Below are positions 25,435 to 37,288 of a stretch of DNA of 64,000 nucleotides, piece by piece (positions within the stretch are counted from its first letter, which is position 1; each line of letters starts with the position of its first letter). The stretch spans positions 1,611,197 through 1,675,196 of the forward strand of contig OZ287694.1 in NCBI GenBank assembly GCA_965649825.1. The letters are read 5' to 3'. Below the pieces are notes generated by a model. It had not been told where the DNA came from. It was given only the letters and a program-made list of their open reading frames with translations, and did no database searches. Origin of the DNA: Penicillus capitatus (lineage: Eukaryota; Plantae; Chlorophyta). The position numbers and the translations under genes were made by a program.

Positions 25435-28400
25435 ACCTTCCCGATCGGATTTCAAAGTAATCACGCATTTCGTTGTTTCCTCAATTCCTCATCGGAGAAA
25501 GATCTAGCACACAAATCTCTCGCAAGTTTACCTGGACAAGAAACGCACGAACGCCGCTGAACTTTCAATGGTATTGTAAAGGAGTGATGTTCTAAATAGT
25601 GCATTCACGTGATCTCGACACCGGAACTCTCTCTCGTGTGTTCAGTCTTCTGTACGGATATATACGGTCTCCACAGAAGACCGACCTCTATCCTGCAGAG
25701 AGCGTGGATATCTAGCAGAGAACGGCGCCGCTGCTCCGATCATTCGCGGTTTGCTGTGCTACGCCGATGTTTTTACATTGCGCTGTGCTCGAGCTCGCGG
25801 TTGGGGCGATGAGTGCGAGTGCTTCGACAGGAATAGCCTCGAAAAAGCGTCCAACATCATTCGGAGAGCGACGCAGTTGAGATCACCTCTCCTTCGAACA
25901 AGAGAAATGTGCGACAAACCAATGTGTCAGATGTCCTTTGTCCTCGCCTCAGTACTTATGCCTTTTCTGATGGCATTCTTGCCCGCAACACCAGAATGAC
26001 TAAGAACATTGATACGACCACTGTCGCACGTGTCACACTAAACCATAATTCCGACCACTTCTTATGCATTTGCTCTCTCCGAACACACGAAACCAGACGT
26101 GCGTTGTGTTTTGGCAGATCTCTGCCGAACGGTTACTGAAGACGAAGCCCTACATGCGTCTTCCAAAGATACGGATGGTCTGTCTCACTCTTACACATTA
26201 GCGGTTGTACTTTGCTCATCGTTGCTTTGTCGCGATTCGACAGCACGGACTGGTTCAGTACTTCCATGATAGGTGTATTGCCTCATAGAAACACTCTCAG
26301 CGGTCTTCTCACTCCTCCATTACTTATTTCTTAAACCCAGTAAAACCAGGCCACAATCGTTTCGTTTACCCCAGTGACGCGCGTTTTCTAACTTCGACAT
26401 TCCAAAGCTCGAGATTTTTTATTGACATTATTCGAATGCTGGCGTAGAGCGTGGAGTTTTGCTCCGCAGTTGTGCGGCTTATGTCACTCTGTCGTGCATT
26501 TTGTTACCTCGAAGAGCTGAAAGGACCAAAACAGGGATGAAGGCAAGGGGTTGTCAAGGTCAAAGTAATCGCTGTTCGAGGAACACCGTTCCCTCTGTAG
26601 CGTCATGCGTCTTGAAGCGAGCGTCGTACTCTAATATGGCTCATGTCTGAGATTAAAGCGTCGAACTGATCGACAACAACTTCTGCCACTGATGGAAGGA
26701 CTGGTTCATCTTACTTCTGACAAACATTAAAGCAACATTGCATGCAATCTGAGGATACTGAAGAAAGCAACGTCCCTCAAAAAGAAATATTTTGACCGAT
26801 GCCCTTCTCCATCTTCATTCAATCTTCGTCTGCGTTCCTTTTAAGAGAATGGTCCCGTCTGCTTTGTCCACGATGAAGTACAGAAAAGGACGATCGACGA
26901 TGATGTTGAACGGGGGAGGAGAAGTGGAATAGCGAGCACATCCTGCGGGAATTTCGACGACCGTCGCCGCTGACGCTTCCGTTCCCTGCGAGACACTTCA
27001 GTCATCACCGAGGCCGTAAAGAATCTCGACCTCTTCGTCTACAATGATCTTGGCCTTGTGAATGACTTTGGAGATCTTCAACGGTGTAATACGAGAGATT
27101 CCGGAGAAATCCGCCTCGGACGAGAAGGCAGTCGACAGGCCGAGCTTGACAAGCATGTCTTTCAGAGGCTCTAGCGTCTGCTCCATTTCCCATTTGGGCA
27201 TTTTGAGATCGTTGACCTTAAAATCGCGGAACCCACCGGCAAACAGTGAGCCGATCTGACTCGAGAGGCCCTCTTCCGCTGTCTTCCATCCGTCGCGCTT
27301 GTTCGGCAGCAGGACGTACATCGTAAATTCCTCTCTTTCGTACGGCATGGCAAACAGAAGGGCGTCCAACGCACGCACATCCTTGACGCGGACTTTCAGT
27401 TCGCTCAGCGACATGAAAGGCACCCTCTGGTCACCACCGACTGCGTGGAAGGTTTCGTCTCCTGTCCATTCTACGGGGAAACGCCTCTCCCAGCTGCCCT
27501 TGAAGTAGAGGGCGTTGACGGCGACGAGGGTCGTGTTGGTCGAGAGGCTTCCGGGTGGAAGGATATCCGGAATCATACCAACCGTTCTCTTATTCACCCA
27601 TGCGTTGATTCGGACGCGGGCGTCTTCGGAGGATCGACGGAAATCCACCGATCTGACGTTAGCCGGCCCGACGTGCTTCACGTACTTTTTCCTGATTTTG
27701 ACCGACTGCTCGACGTAGATGCGGTTCGCCATCTTCGCGACGGAGTCGCCCGAGTACGCTGTCGCCTTGGAGGAAAGGCTGCTTCTGACGCGTTCATCCT
27801 AAACACGATTCGTCAGCCAAATCGCACGTGCGAGGCAGCCAGCACACATCGAATTCGAAGAGATTCTCGAGTTCGGCCTTGGTCTCGCCGCGAGCGCCGT
27901 TGTAGACGAGGAGGAAGCACACGGCTATGGACAGGGGCGAGAAGATGAGATTCTCGTCCACGTGCTGCGGCCTCCATTCCGACAAGAGCTTCTGCCCGAA
28001 GGCGTTCACCGAGTTTGCAGTCGATAACGGTTCGCCGATGAAAACCGAATGCATGCTGTTCGAGTTTAGAAGGAACGCCGTCGCAGATAGGGCAAAACGA
28101 AAAGGCTACGATGACAAATAACGGCCGCGACAGCCGTCTTTTTAACCTGCTTCTGACGTGACCCGGAAGCTAGTAGGTCTCCCGCGCGATGTAAATGTGC
28201 AGCTACCAACTGTCCTTCACCTACAGTGACAGCGCAGAGCATAACAACCAACCTCCCTTGCTCAAGGTCTCGTCAGTTTTTCCCAGTCACCTGCAACGGC
28301 GACACGTTTGCTGCAGAGATCGACGGACGACGGGCCTATCAATGTCTGGTCACTGCCAAGCGATGGTCGCGAGGGCGAATGGCAATCGACTACGAGTACC

Positions 28401-29400
28401 CGAAGCTAGGTTTTCGGTCTGCTTCGTTCGTGCGAGGTGCAAAAGGGCTAACGAAAACGAAGATCTCAGCAACAGAAGCATCTGGGCGTTTCCGTGACGG
28501 GGAAAGAAACGGACAGTGAAAACGGATTAACTCTCACCTTTTCGCACCGAGAGCGTTTAAAAAGAGCAAAGCGCTGAGGCGAAGAGTCGAGTATCCGAGA
28601 GATCAATCTCCGAGCGGATCACTCCTCTGGTGGGAATCACTTCTGTGAGCCAGAGGACAAATTGTCTTCTATTCTTTCACATACAGCTCTGTTTGCGATT
28701 CCTCCGCAGGGAGGGATCGTACTTCTGTGTGATGTCTTATCTGTTGGTCTCTGCTGACGACAGTGCGATAGATAACCTTAAGAGACCAGAAAAATTTCTG
28801 TCGCTCTACGGATTGCGCAAAGAGAGCCATGGGCACACTCGGAGAAAGCTAATCAGATCACGAGACACGGTTCTCGAGTTGGATCTGATGGAATGCATCA
28901 GAGCTTCACTCTTTCATTCATGTCTCAGTGGAGATGCACGATGTGCTGCTGCGTTGCTCCGAATCCATTTCTGTACATGCCTTCCACAATAGCCCCTGTT
29001 TCATTCCTTTAGTCTCTTTGTCCATGGAGAAGAAAGCGCTTACCTTGTGCTGTCTGATTTCTCGGGACATGCAGAACAGAGAAATACTTAAAGAAGCTGT
29101 CCGGCTCGATCAATAGTTTCAGTGGCAGATCTGCGTGTTGAATACACACCGTTGAATGCCGATGAAACTGGATGCACCTTTGTTGCGTGCGCTCTTCGTC
29201 CGAAACCTGCACAAGATTCCAGCCAAGATAATCGATATGACCTTGAATCCACTTCTTTCAGAAAGGTGTCCCGTAAGTACTATCGTAATACTAGCTGAGT
29301 TAGTTGTGTTGAACCAAACACTTTAAACTGCATGTTGGATGCATAATCTGCGAGGAAGACTGCTGTTTCGGTAATACTCCTTCTATGCATTCAGTGACCA
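25435..29400. repeat. Segmental duplicate of about 1-2870 (serpin plus flanks), same orientation
   Basis: Colinear similarity from the 5' fragment through the serpin and upstream DNA, with about 700 bp extra at about 25760-26480. Confidence 0.85.
26815..28054 (-). CDS. Serpin (copy 3), 3 exons
   Basis: Near-identical to copy 1, with VNALYFKGSW, VDEE|GTEASAAT and DRPFLYFI motifs and the same two introns. Confidence 0.95.
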
Positions 29401-29799
29401 CAATGCTGACAGTCCTACGTCTAAGAATTACTCTTTCTTCCCTTTTATCTTTACCATTAACTGACTTGATCTTCTAAAACCTGACCTCTACCGTCATCAC
29501 GCGGCAAGTGTCACGAGATGGTGAGAATTCTTACGTACCGGTCAGTTATCACAAGCTAGATCGGATTCATATCTCGCAGACCATACCGCCGGAAAACATC
29601 AAAGAGAGGAAAACGGCGAGTGTATTCAGAGGAAGGATACAGTAAGCACAGTAGATGGAAACGTGACTGGAACTCCCAACTGGAAAGGGTCCATCCGAAC
29701 TCCGACTTGAAGATGCGTATGGAGAGGTCGGATGACGTCAGCTGCTCCGACTGATGAACGTTTCTACCATCCACGCCTTTTCTGTGCCTTCGAATGGAC

Positions 29800-30537
29800 A
29801 CCGAAGGCCTTTGCCGAGAAACTGGATCGCAAGATGCTGAGAGGAAGAGTGGTTGTCCGATACCTTGCCGATGCCGTGGTCGCCGCAATTCTTCAGGTCG
29901 TCTGTACATCGCGATGCGTCTTCTGCAGCACGGAGTTGTCGTTTTAGACGAATGAGGGCGACAGCGATGCGAAGGTCTGGAGGGCAGAAGAGGAGCGTCC
30001 GACGTGTCCGAGAAAGAACGCATTTGCCGCCGCTGGGGAAGAATAGAGTGTTTTCGAGTATCCGAATCTTCAGTTTTCATCCACTCCGTCAATCATCGGT
30101 CGACAATCTTCTCAAGAATTCTCACTTTGTCTTCCTGAAACATGGATGATCTTGTCGTTCTTGCGCAAGGTTTCTGTCAGGGTGGTGGAGGAAAAGGTGA
30201 GACAATGGGTGCGGACCACTGAATGCGCGCGATCTCAATTGGAAATCATCAGTTGGACGATATCAACATCTACAGACACGTTGAGCCTGATAGGATGAGG
30301 GACACCATGCCGCTCGCTTATCGCATTGGGGAAATGGATGATGGACTATCGTTTTGTAATTTCTGCACTCAATACCTGTTATTGATGGTGACAGCCATCA
30401 TTAAAGGACTGCCGACGCCATCGCGCGCATCATTTCGCGTGGCTGTGAAAGCAGCTTCATCTCGACGCTCATCCGTGCTGCGGCGAACGCTTTTCGAGCA
30501 GCGTATCGAGGAAAGACGAACTGCTGCGTACACATGA
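29800..30537 (+). CDS. Hypothetical multi-exon protein directly upstream of TRP-5
   Basis: A chain of GT-AG introns joins open exons (...DAVVAAILQ|TNEGDSDAK|FSSTP...VVEEK|LDDINIY...). No family is recognised. Confidence 0.25.
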
Positions 30538-32906
30538 ACCGTGGCTCCGGCGAAGGCAGTAGTGGAACACCACTGCTACCACCAGAGGCGCGTTCGGATA
30601 CACCGAAAGCAAACGAACATGAAGGTAATGCACGGATGACTTACTCGGGGGCAGACCTGTCGACCTGTTGCGTCTTCTTCTGGACGCGGCGTTTTGAAAT
30701 CCTCCGTTTTAGAACAAGACAGCGATGCCTCGAACATCATAACGCGCCGGCTTCGCATCGACGTCGACTGCTGGACCGAAGAAGAGACACGACGGTAAGC
30801 CCAAGCCCGAGAACGTTTCGTCCAACGACGGAGCGTGACTGTAACAGATTGATCACTAAGTACGGAGAGGAACTGGTCCACGCGGTGAATAAGAATGGCG
30901 CTCCGCTTCTCTGCGACGCCATTGCGCAAAAACAGTTTGCCTGTGCATTGCTGCTGTTTGAGCAGGTGCTGATACCTGCGGGGCTGGTCGACTCTAAGAC
31001 TGGAGAGTGTCAGACACTTAAGTGGGCAATCGACAACCAGGTCGAGGTCGTTGCGAAATTCGTCCTCGACTTCGTGGCGCAGCAGAAGCTACCACTGGAG
31101 CAGTCCTGTGACATTCTTACCAAGTACCTCACGCTTCTCATCGGAGCGTTCCCTGACCTGATGACGGAATACATCAAGAACGACAAGTTCTCGTTCGAGT
31201 ACGGCAGATTCACGGTACCTCGTTCTCTGATCCGCAAAAACGGCAAGTATCCGATTGCTATGATGACAAACACACCTCCGGACAAACGGGCAATGGACGA
31301 CAGTGAGGGAACAAAGGCTTACTGGATGGCCAGATGCAAGGAACACTCAAACGATCTGCGGCAGTTGTCAGATATGAAAACGACGGTCGCTGCCAAATTC
31401 TTTTGCTGCAGTCTGTTTCCGTTTTTGACGGAGGAAAGAATTCATCTCTCTATCTACCTCAAAAAACAGGATCTCTCTATAGAGATTCTCGAATCTGAGA
31501 CGCTGAAGACCTTGGTCGATTGGTGGTTCTATTATACGCGCCACTTATACTATTTCTTTATCACCATCGATAGCATACTCACCCTGATCTTCACGGTCTC
31601 TTCCCAACTGTACTGGCGCAGAGACGACATCGGAGCAGCGTATCGGCCACTTCTGTTAGGACTGTTGTCTGTTTCGATGCTACTTCGAAAAGGAGGCCTT
31701 TTCTTCTACTGGTCGTATGCAAGGCAAGAAACCATCTACTGTCTTAATCCACAAACCAGTCTGTTGAATGGATGTCTGCAGGCTCAGCATACTTCTTCTT
31801 GAGTATGTGCTTTTCATTCAGATCTGCATCACAACTAGCGACTACGAATACCCCGCCTTTCTACTATCTCTTGGTTGTATCCTTCAGTGGATCTCGGTAC
31901 CTTTCACACTGACACTTGTCTGACTGTCTTCAAAGTGCGTGCATTCCTGATCTCTAGATATTCCGCTTGGCACAAGCATCTGATCGACTGGGGCCGTTCA
32001 TTTCGATGGTGAATTCGGCAGTCAAGGACTCCTGGCGTTTTCTGCTGCTCGTCGCTGTCATGATTCTCGGATATTCGGTGGCATTCATGGCGATCTTCCA
32101 AAGCGGATACATTAAAGATGACGATGGAAACTTCAGTTCCCTTCCACGTGCAATCGAGACCCTCGTCTACTCGTGTATCGGAAACTTCGACGTGGAAGTA
32201 CGTCCATCTCCACCTTTTCTGCTATCTCCTAAATGCTGTGCCTGTCTTTCCGATGCAGATGTTTCGATCCTCGAGTAACTTTCTTACAGTGTGGGCCACT
32301 CTGCTGTTCGCTTCCTTCATCTACTTCACACCGATTATGCTGATCAGTCTGCTGATCGCCATTCTGACGGATACGTACGACAGAGTCCATGCAAAGGAGA
32401 AAGCAGAACTGAGAAAACTCCGACTCCGAATCATCTCCAATTGTCCATGTTTTAAACGTGGCTCAAACAAACGCATCGCGTAAGCTCATCAGAGATTATT
32501 CGAAAAGCTCAGTGACAATGATTGATGGTGCCACAGAAAAAAAGTGGAATCGGCTCTCAGGTATTCGGTTCACGCCTATCTTTCCTTTCGTGGATTGCCA
32601 AGTTATGCTGTCACTTCTGAACCGGATCATTTTTTCTTTCATTATCTGGTTCCTGTTGACGGCCGCAAACTGGAATCGCGTGTCGGCAAATGGCAAGGAA
32701 GACTGATGGCGGTCGAAAAGACTATCAAGTCTGAAGCTCGAAAGAACGCGGAAGAATTCAAGAAGCAGCATGCAGCCTTAGAAGGCGAGGTGAAAGGACT
32801 GAAAGAGAGAATGAACAGTCTGGAGAATTCTGCGAGTAGGCTGGAGACAGCTATGGACCAGGTCCTTCAAAAGCTGGATAGGATTGACCCGTCCGCCGCC
32901 ACATGA
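30534..32906 (+). CDS. TRP-like ankyrin/6TM cation channel (TRP-5)
   Basis: PLLCDAIAQ, TLKWAID, FSFEYGRFTVP, AAKFFC, LESETLK, DRLGPFISMVNS, pore ETLVYSCIGNFDVE, S6 LISLLIAILTDTYDRV, FFHYLVPV, KWQGR coiled coil. One GC-AG intron (31724-31781). Confidence 0.87.
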
Positions 32907-32919
32907 AGATAGAATCTCC

Positions 32920-33623
32920 GTATGGCAATGATTTTTGATGTCAACGCGTTTTCTGATCGCTAGCCAATCAATGTTCAAGTATTCTTTAATGTTCCTTCGG
33001 AACGTAGCAGATGTGTAGGCATCGAGAACAATAACGATGGCTTTATGAAATGCAGATGTTTGCAATATCGCCTCGAAGCTTGCTTCTTCTCTTAACCGAT
33101 CCCCGAATTCGACAAGGACCGTGTCCTGTACCTGATCCTTTTCTGCGAAATGATGCACTGTGCAGTTACGTCTCGAGAACGTAATATATAAGATTCGTCG
33201 CAGCCATGATGAAAGCCTTCTTTCTGTCCATATCCTTCGATCTGTCTCTATCTGTTTGCTTTCTCTATGTTGTCTCGTTTCGTCCGAAAGGTAAGATGCG
33301 TTTCTTTGAAGAGATGCGGCAACGGCAGTCGGCACACAGAGCTGTTTTCTGCTAGAAATCCTAATCAGCGAAGAGTTCATGGAGCGAATCTACATCGAGT
33401 GACTTGCTTTCTTTCAAAAAGGGGCGAAGAATGTTACAGACGGTAAGCAGCATTGGCTTGCAAAGAAACATCCTCGGGCATGCGATACGAGTTGACGCCG
33501 ATATGGACAGAAATTTGAGCTGTTTACACATGGCAGGGTTAGGACGCCCGAATGATAAGTGTCTTTACAGAAAGCGGAAACGTCGCACAGCTCACAGCGA
33601 ATCCGTTCATTCTGATCTGTCAC
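32920..33623 (-). other. Gene-like ORF fragments with a degenerate Cys-rich (RING-like) start
   Basis: RIRCELCDV..H..VLTLPC....FC followed by an open stretch (VLVEFGDRLREEASFEAILQTSAFHKAIVIVLDAY). No splice model was established. Confidence 0.2.
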
Positions 33624-34649
33624 CTTGTTTTGTGTTATCTCTCGGATCTGACAGCGTATCCATCGTACGGCACGACTATTGTGAGATTAAGGAGACTTTA
33701 TAACAGAGGACCATTAGTTTTTAACTTGAGGTAATGAATGCTTGAAGATCGTGCTTAAGTACTAAATACTCATCCAAGACTGAGTTCACATCCGGACGTC
33801 TTGTCGGCTATTGATACTGGATGACCTGGCCAACGTTGAGATGCACACTTTTAGCGTATACAACGACCACTAACTTCTTATTTGCAGGTGAGATATGAGG
33901 CCAAACATCGGAGATAACAGATGACATCGACTGGGCTCGCAATCTAGAAACATGACTTAAATGGTGGTACTGATTATGAGACCGGGCAGTGTCTTCTGCC
34001 ATCGCCGACGTTAAAACATCTATGCGTTTACAGAGGAATCACCGGAGGCCGTCCGTCCATTGGACAGGAAGAGAGTTGAGTCATTGAATCCCACTAAACA
34101 TTACTCAAGAAGGCAAGAGACTCTTTCAAGCGCGAAAGGGACATCCAACTGTGCATGTCGTCCCAAACTCCCAACGTAGTAGATCAGTCTGTCGGTAAGT
34201 ACTATCGCCATGCAAAGAAGTAAGATGAGTGTCAGATCCATCAGCTTCCAGAACTGTTATTTAGTCATAAGTATAATTTAACTGTTCCCTCTTCTTCATT
34301 TCTAGTCTTTAAAACGAAGAAGAACAGCAGACCTAAGCGACGCAAGGCACATCACTCCACAACTCAGCAGTCAGTGTACGTGCGCTCCGTTCAACTTGTT
34401 GTGCCTAGGAAGCCAAGAACGGACTGTCCTTTCCTGGCACGGTCGAAAAAAGAAACATGAACAGCAAAGAGCCCACTGCCAATGAGAACAAGATCCCACA
34501 AGGCATAAAGTGGGGGCATGATGCCAAGATCTGAGTGGCGTTTGCGTGGTACATACAGATTAGCGACTCTGTAAGAGTGGATTCCTTGAATAAGAAGGGC
34601 AGCGCATGATGGTCATACTGCACCCGCCTTAAGAATACAGCTTAGTGTA

Positions 34650-36050
34650 GACATGTAAAGGGCGGCGATCGAGAGTTGGAGACGAGAAACTTTAGTTGAC
34701 CACCTCATGGCTGCCGTTGTTTCCGGCGCCCCGTTGAACGAAGTGGCTCTGTGCACGGATTGATACCTTCAGTTGTTTCCAGTCAGGCGTCGCCCCGGGT
34801 GAAGTATATCGCCAGCCGTCCATCGGAGGTGGATGGCAACCCAGCCAACAGCCTATTCGAACAACCGTGCTTGTCAGTTCCTATGAGAGAGCGATCCGAG
34901 TTACCTGGGGGGTTGCGAAAGCTTGCAGGGCCCGCTTCTGTCACCTTCCACGACAGGGACACCGACCCGTGCAATGCCACACCCCACACACTCACTGCAT
35001 TTTCCCCCTGCAGCGCCAGCTAAGGAGTCGTGTCGGCGCGCACGCGAATAAAAAAGTACACACAAGAAAGAAACAGAAAAGAACGACAGCACACAAAAGC
35101 GAACAGGAAAGATACACTCAGCTTGCAGGGGGCCGGTCTCAAGCCCAGATGGTACACAAGCAAGCAAAGACACATTCACAGGACTACAGACAATAGAAGG
35201 AAACAAGATCGAAACACCATCAAAGACGATCAAATGAGGAGGGGCAAAATGTCCAAAAATCACAGGTTGAAATGAAACAGAACATGAAATGAACAATCAA
35301 GGAAGAGGCTATGCTAAACACATTGAGTAAAGAAAACAGAAAGAGCAGGACCTGATCAAAGTGCTAAAAACTATCACCTAATTGGAAAGAATCTAAAAAC
35401 CCCACCCAGGACATAAAGAAAAGACCCTAAACAAGCAGAGACCCTTATAGAAAAGATAAAAATGCGGGTCCTGGGTGGGGTCTCCTTCGCCAGCCGCCTT
35501 CAGAGTACTGGAGACAGATCCGAATGCAGAGCGGCTTGGATCGGGCCCAGCGCTTCCGAATGACGCCACGTCCACGCATACTCCGCTTGGCCCACCGCAG
35601 AGCTGCGTCAGCCAGGTGCCGCCACCAGTGACGGCTGCATCTGCGACGAACACAAGCACATGTTCAGTAAGACGGCGGAGCAGAGGAAGGAATTGAATTA
35701 CGAGGATATCCCGGGGACGCCGCTGACCGGATTGTGCCTCGCGAGCCATTCTTGAAAGTGCTTGGCGATACCCGGCGATGGAAAGAACGTAGACGGTTTT
35801 GTGGCCAAAGAGGCGTGTTTTGTTCACGCTGCTCCGGACGGATAGCACAACGGCAAGCGCAGGTCGCGGACCGTAGTGTCACGGGCCCCAGTTCTGGCCG
35901 ACCCCTCTGTCAGGGTATCGGACTTCGGCAATGCGAACGCGGTCCACCGTTAAAGCGCATCGGACTTCCATCGCTGCGTTCGCTGTTTTCGGAGGGTTCA
36001 GGTTACTTCGTCGACCTAGGGACAGTTCCCGAAGACAGATAACCTCACAA
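34650..36050 (-). mobile_element. Possible non-LTR retrotransposon 3' remnant
   Basis: Strong strand-skewed tract (A-rich on plus, about 35045-35460) unlike its flanks. Frame-broken peptides (AGYRQALSRMAREAQSGQRRP; IRKRWARSKPLC) loosely resemble L1/Tx1 ORF2 C-termini. No RT domain or target-site duplication was seen. Confidence 0.22.
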
Positions 36051-37288
36051 GCTGTGCGTGCGTCGGTGCACGAAGGTTGACGTTCCGAGATGAACACCTT
36101 CCGTCGCATGGCTATCTCGTTCGGAGAGTAAGCACCGCGACGAAGCTCTTTGCGTTTGGCGAAGTCGACGGACGGACGGACAGAAAGGACAAATGCTGAA
36201 ATGCGCGTTGTGCGGTGCGACGTCGGTTATGTTTGTACGACGGTTAATCCTGTGTTTTGATCAGATCATCTTGACGATGGGGGTATATCGCATACATAGT
36301 AAGGAACGTTCAGGGCATACACTGCCTACCGGTCCTTGCATGTTCAGCACTTTGCAAAATCTGCCGATGATAGCTTTTCGATTGCGTCAAGGCTCCGCAG
36401 CATTGTGAATCTCTGCACCTCGAACATATGAACAAGCAATCGATGCTCTCTGTCAAAGATACACTGACTGAGAATGATTCAGTCTTTCAGTGGAAGGCTG
36501 TCCGTCGATTTCATTGAGGCGTCGATTATGATGTCACATGAGACAGTGCAGGAGCAAATCTGCCATTTGAAGATGCAGTCTCCTCTCAAATCCAGAGTTT
36601 TCTTCGAGAGATGTCCTCGCGTCTGATGGAGTATGCAAGAGAAGTGGATCATCAGTAATCTGTGAATCCTAGAGTACAAAGTGACTAAGAAACCCTAGCC
36701 TCCTGTATCTTGTCGTGTGGACAGAGGATAAGTATATAGCATCAATGTATCCTTCTTCGAAGCACCTGTCAGTCGCTCTTCCCAACAGTAGAAGGACGCA
36801 GGCACACACAGCATGAACTCCAAGTTATTGATGTTGGAGTCAGTAGACATAAGAAGCAATATTCGGAGACGCAGTCGAGGAGACGTGGAATCCAAAAAGC
36901 CAATCTTAAGTGTCCCAATGCTTACAGCTCTGGAATGCTCAGCATACCTGCACATCCTTTGTGTGTATCGGAAACTCTCCGTTCCTGACTGGCCATCAGT
37001 ACGGTCCTCGATTAGAATGCGAGCTCAGACGGCAGCTTCGCGATCTCATTGCAATCTCTTCTCTCCTAAATGACTAGATCCTTCGTGTTCCTGTCAATTT
37101 GTGAACCTTGCGATGAATGCTCTTGTTCTCTGCTTGCTTATGGCACATGTAAAATCTGAAGCCATGTAATTGTACAGTCATATACATACATCGCGTGGCT
37201 ATGCAAGCAGCTTAATCTTGACGCTCATTCGTTCTTCGGCGAGAGCTTGTCGGCTAGGGAATCGAGGAAGACGAACTGTTACGCACGC

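Noticed and set aside
30534-31802. Long ORF-track proteins such as 30534-31802, 37513-39054 and 54462-55805 as true full proteins
   Set aside because: They read through introns by chance. The conserved W-T-E-E-T exon and S3-S4 are recovered only by splicing.
34995-35025. LTR primer-binding site (TGGCGCTGCAG on minus)
   Set aside because: No adjoining LTR ending in CA, no second LTR or TSD, and poor fit to a tRNA T-arm.
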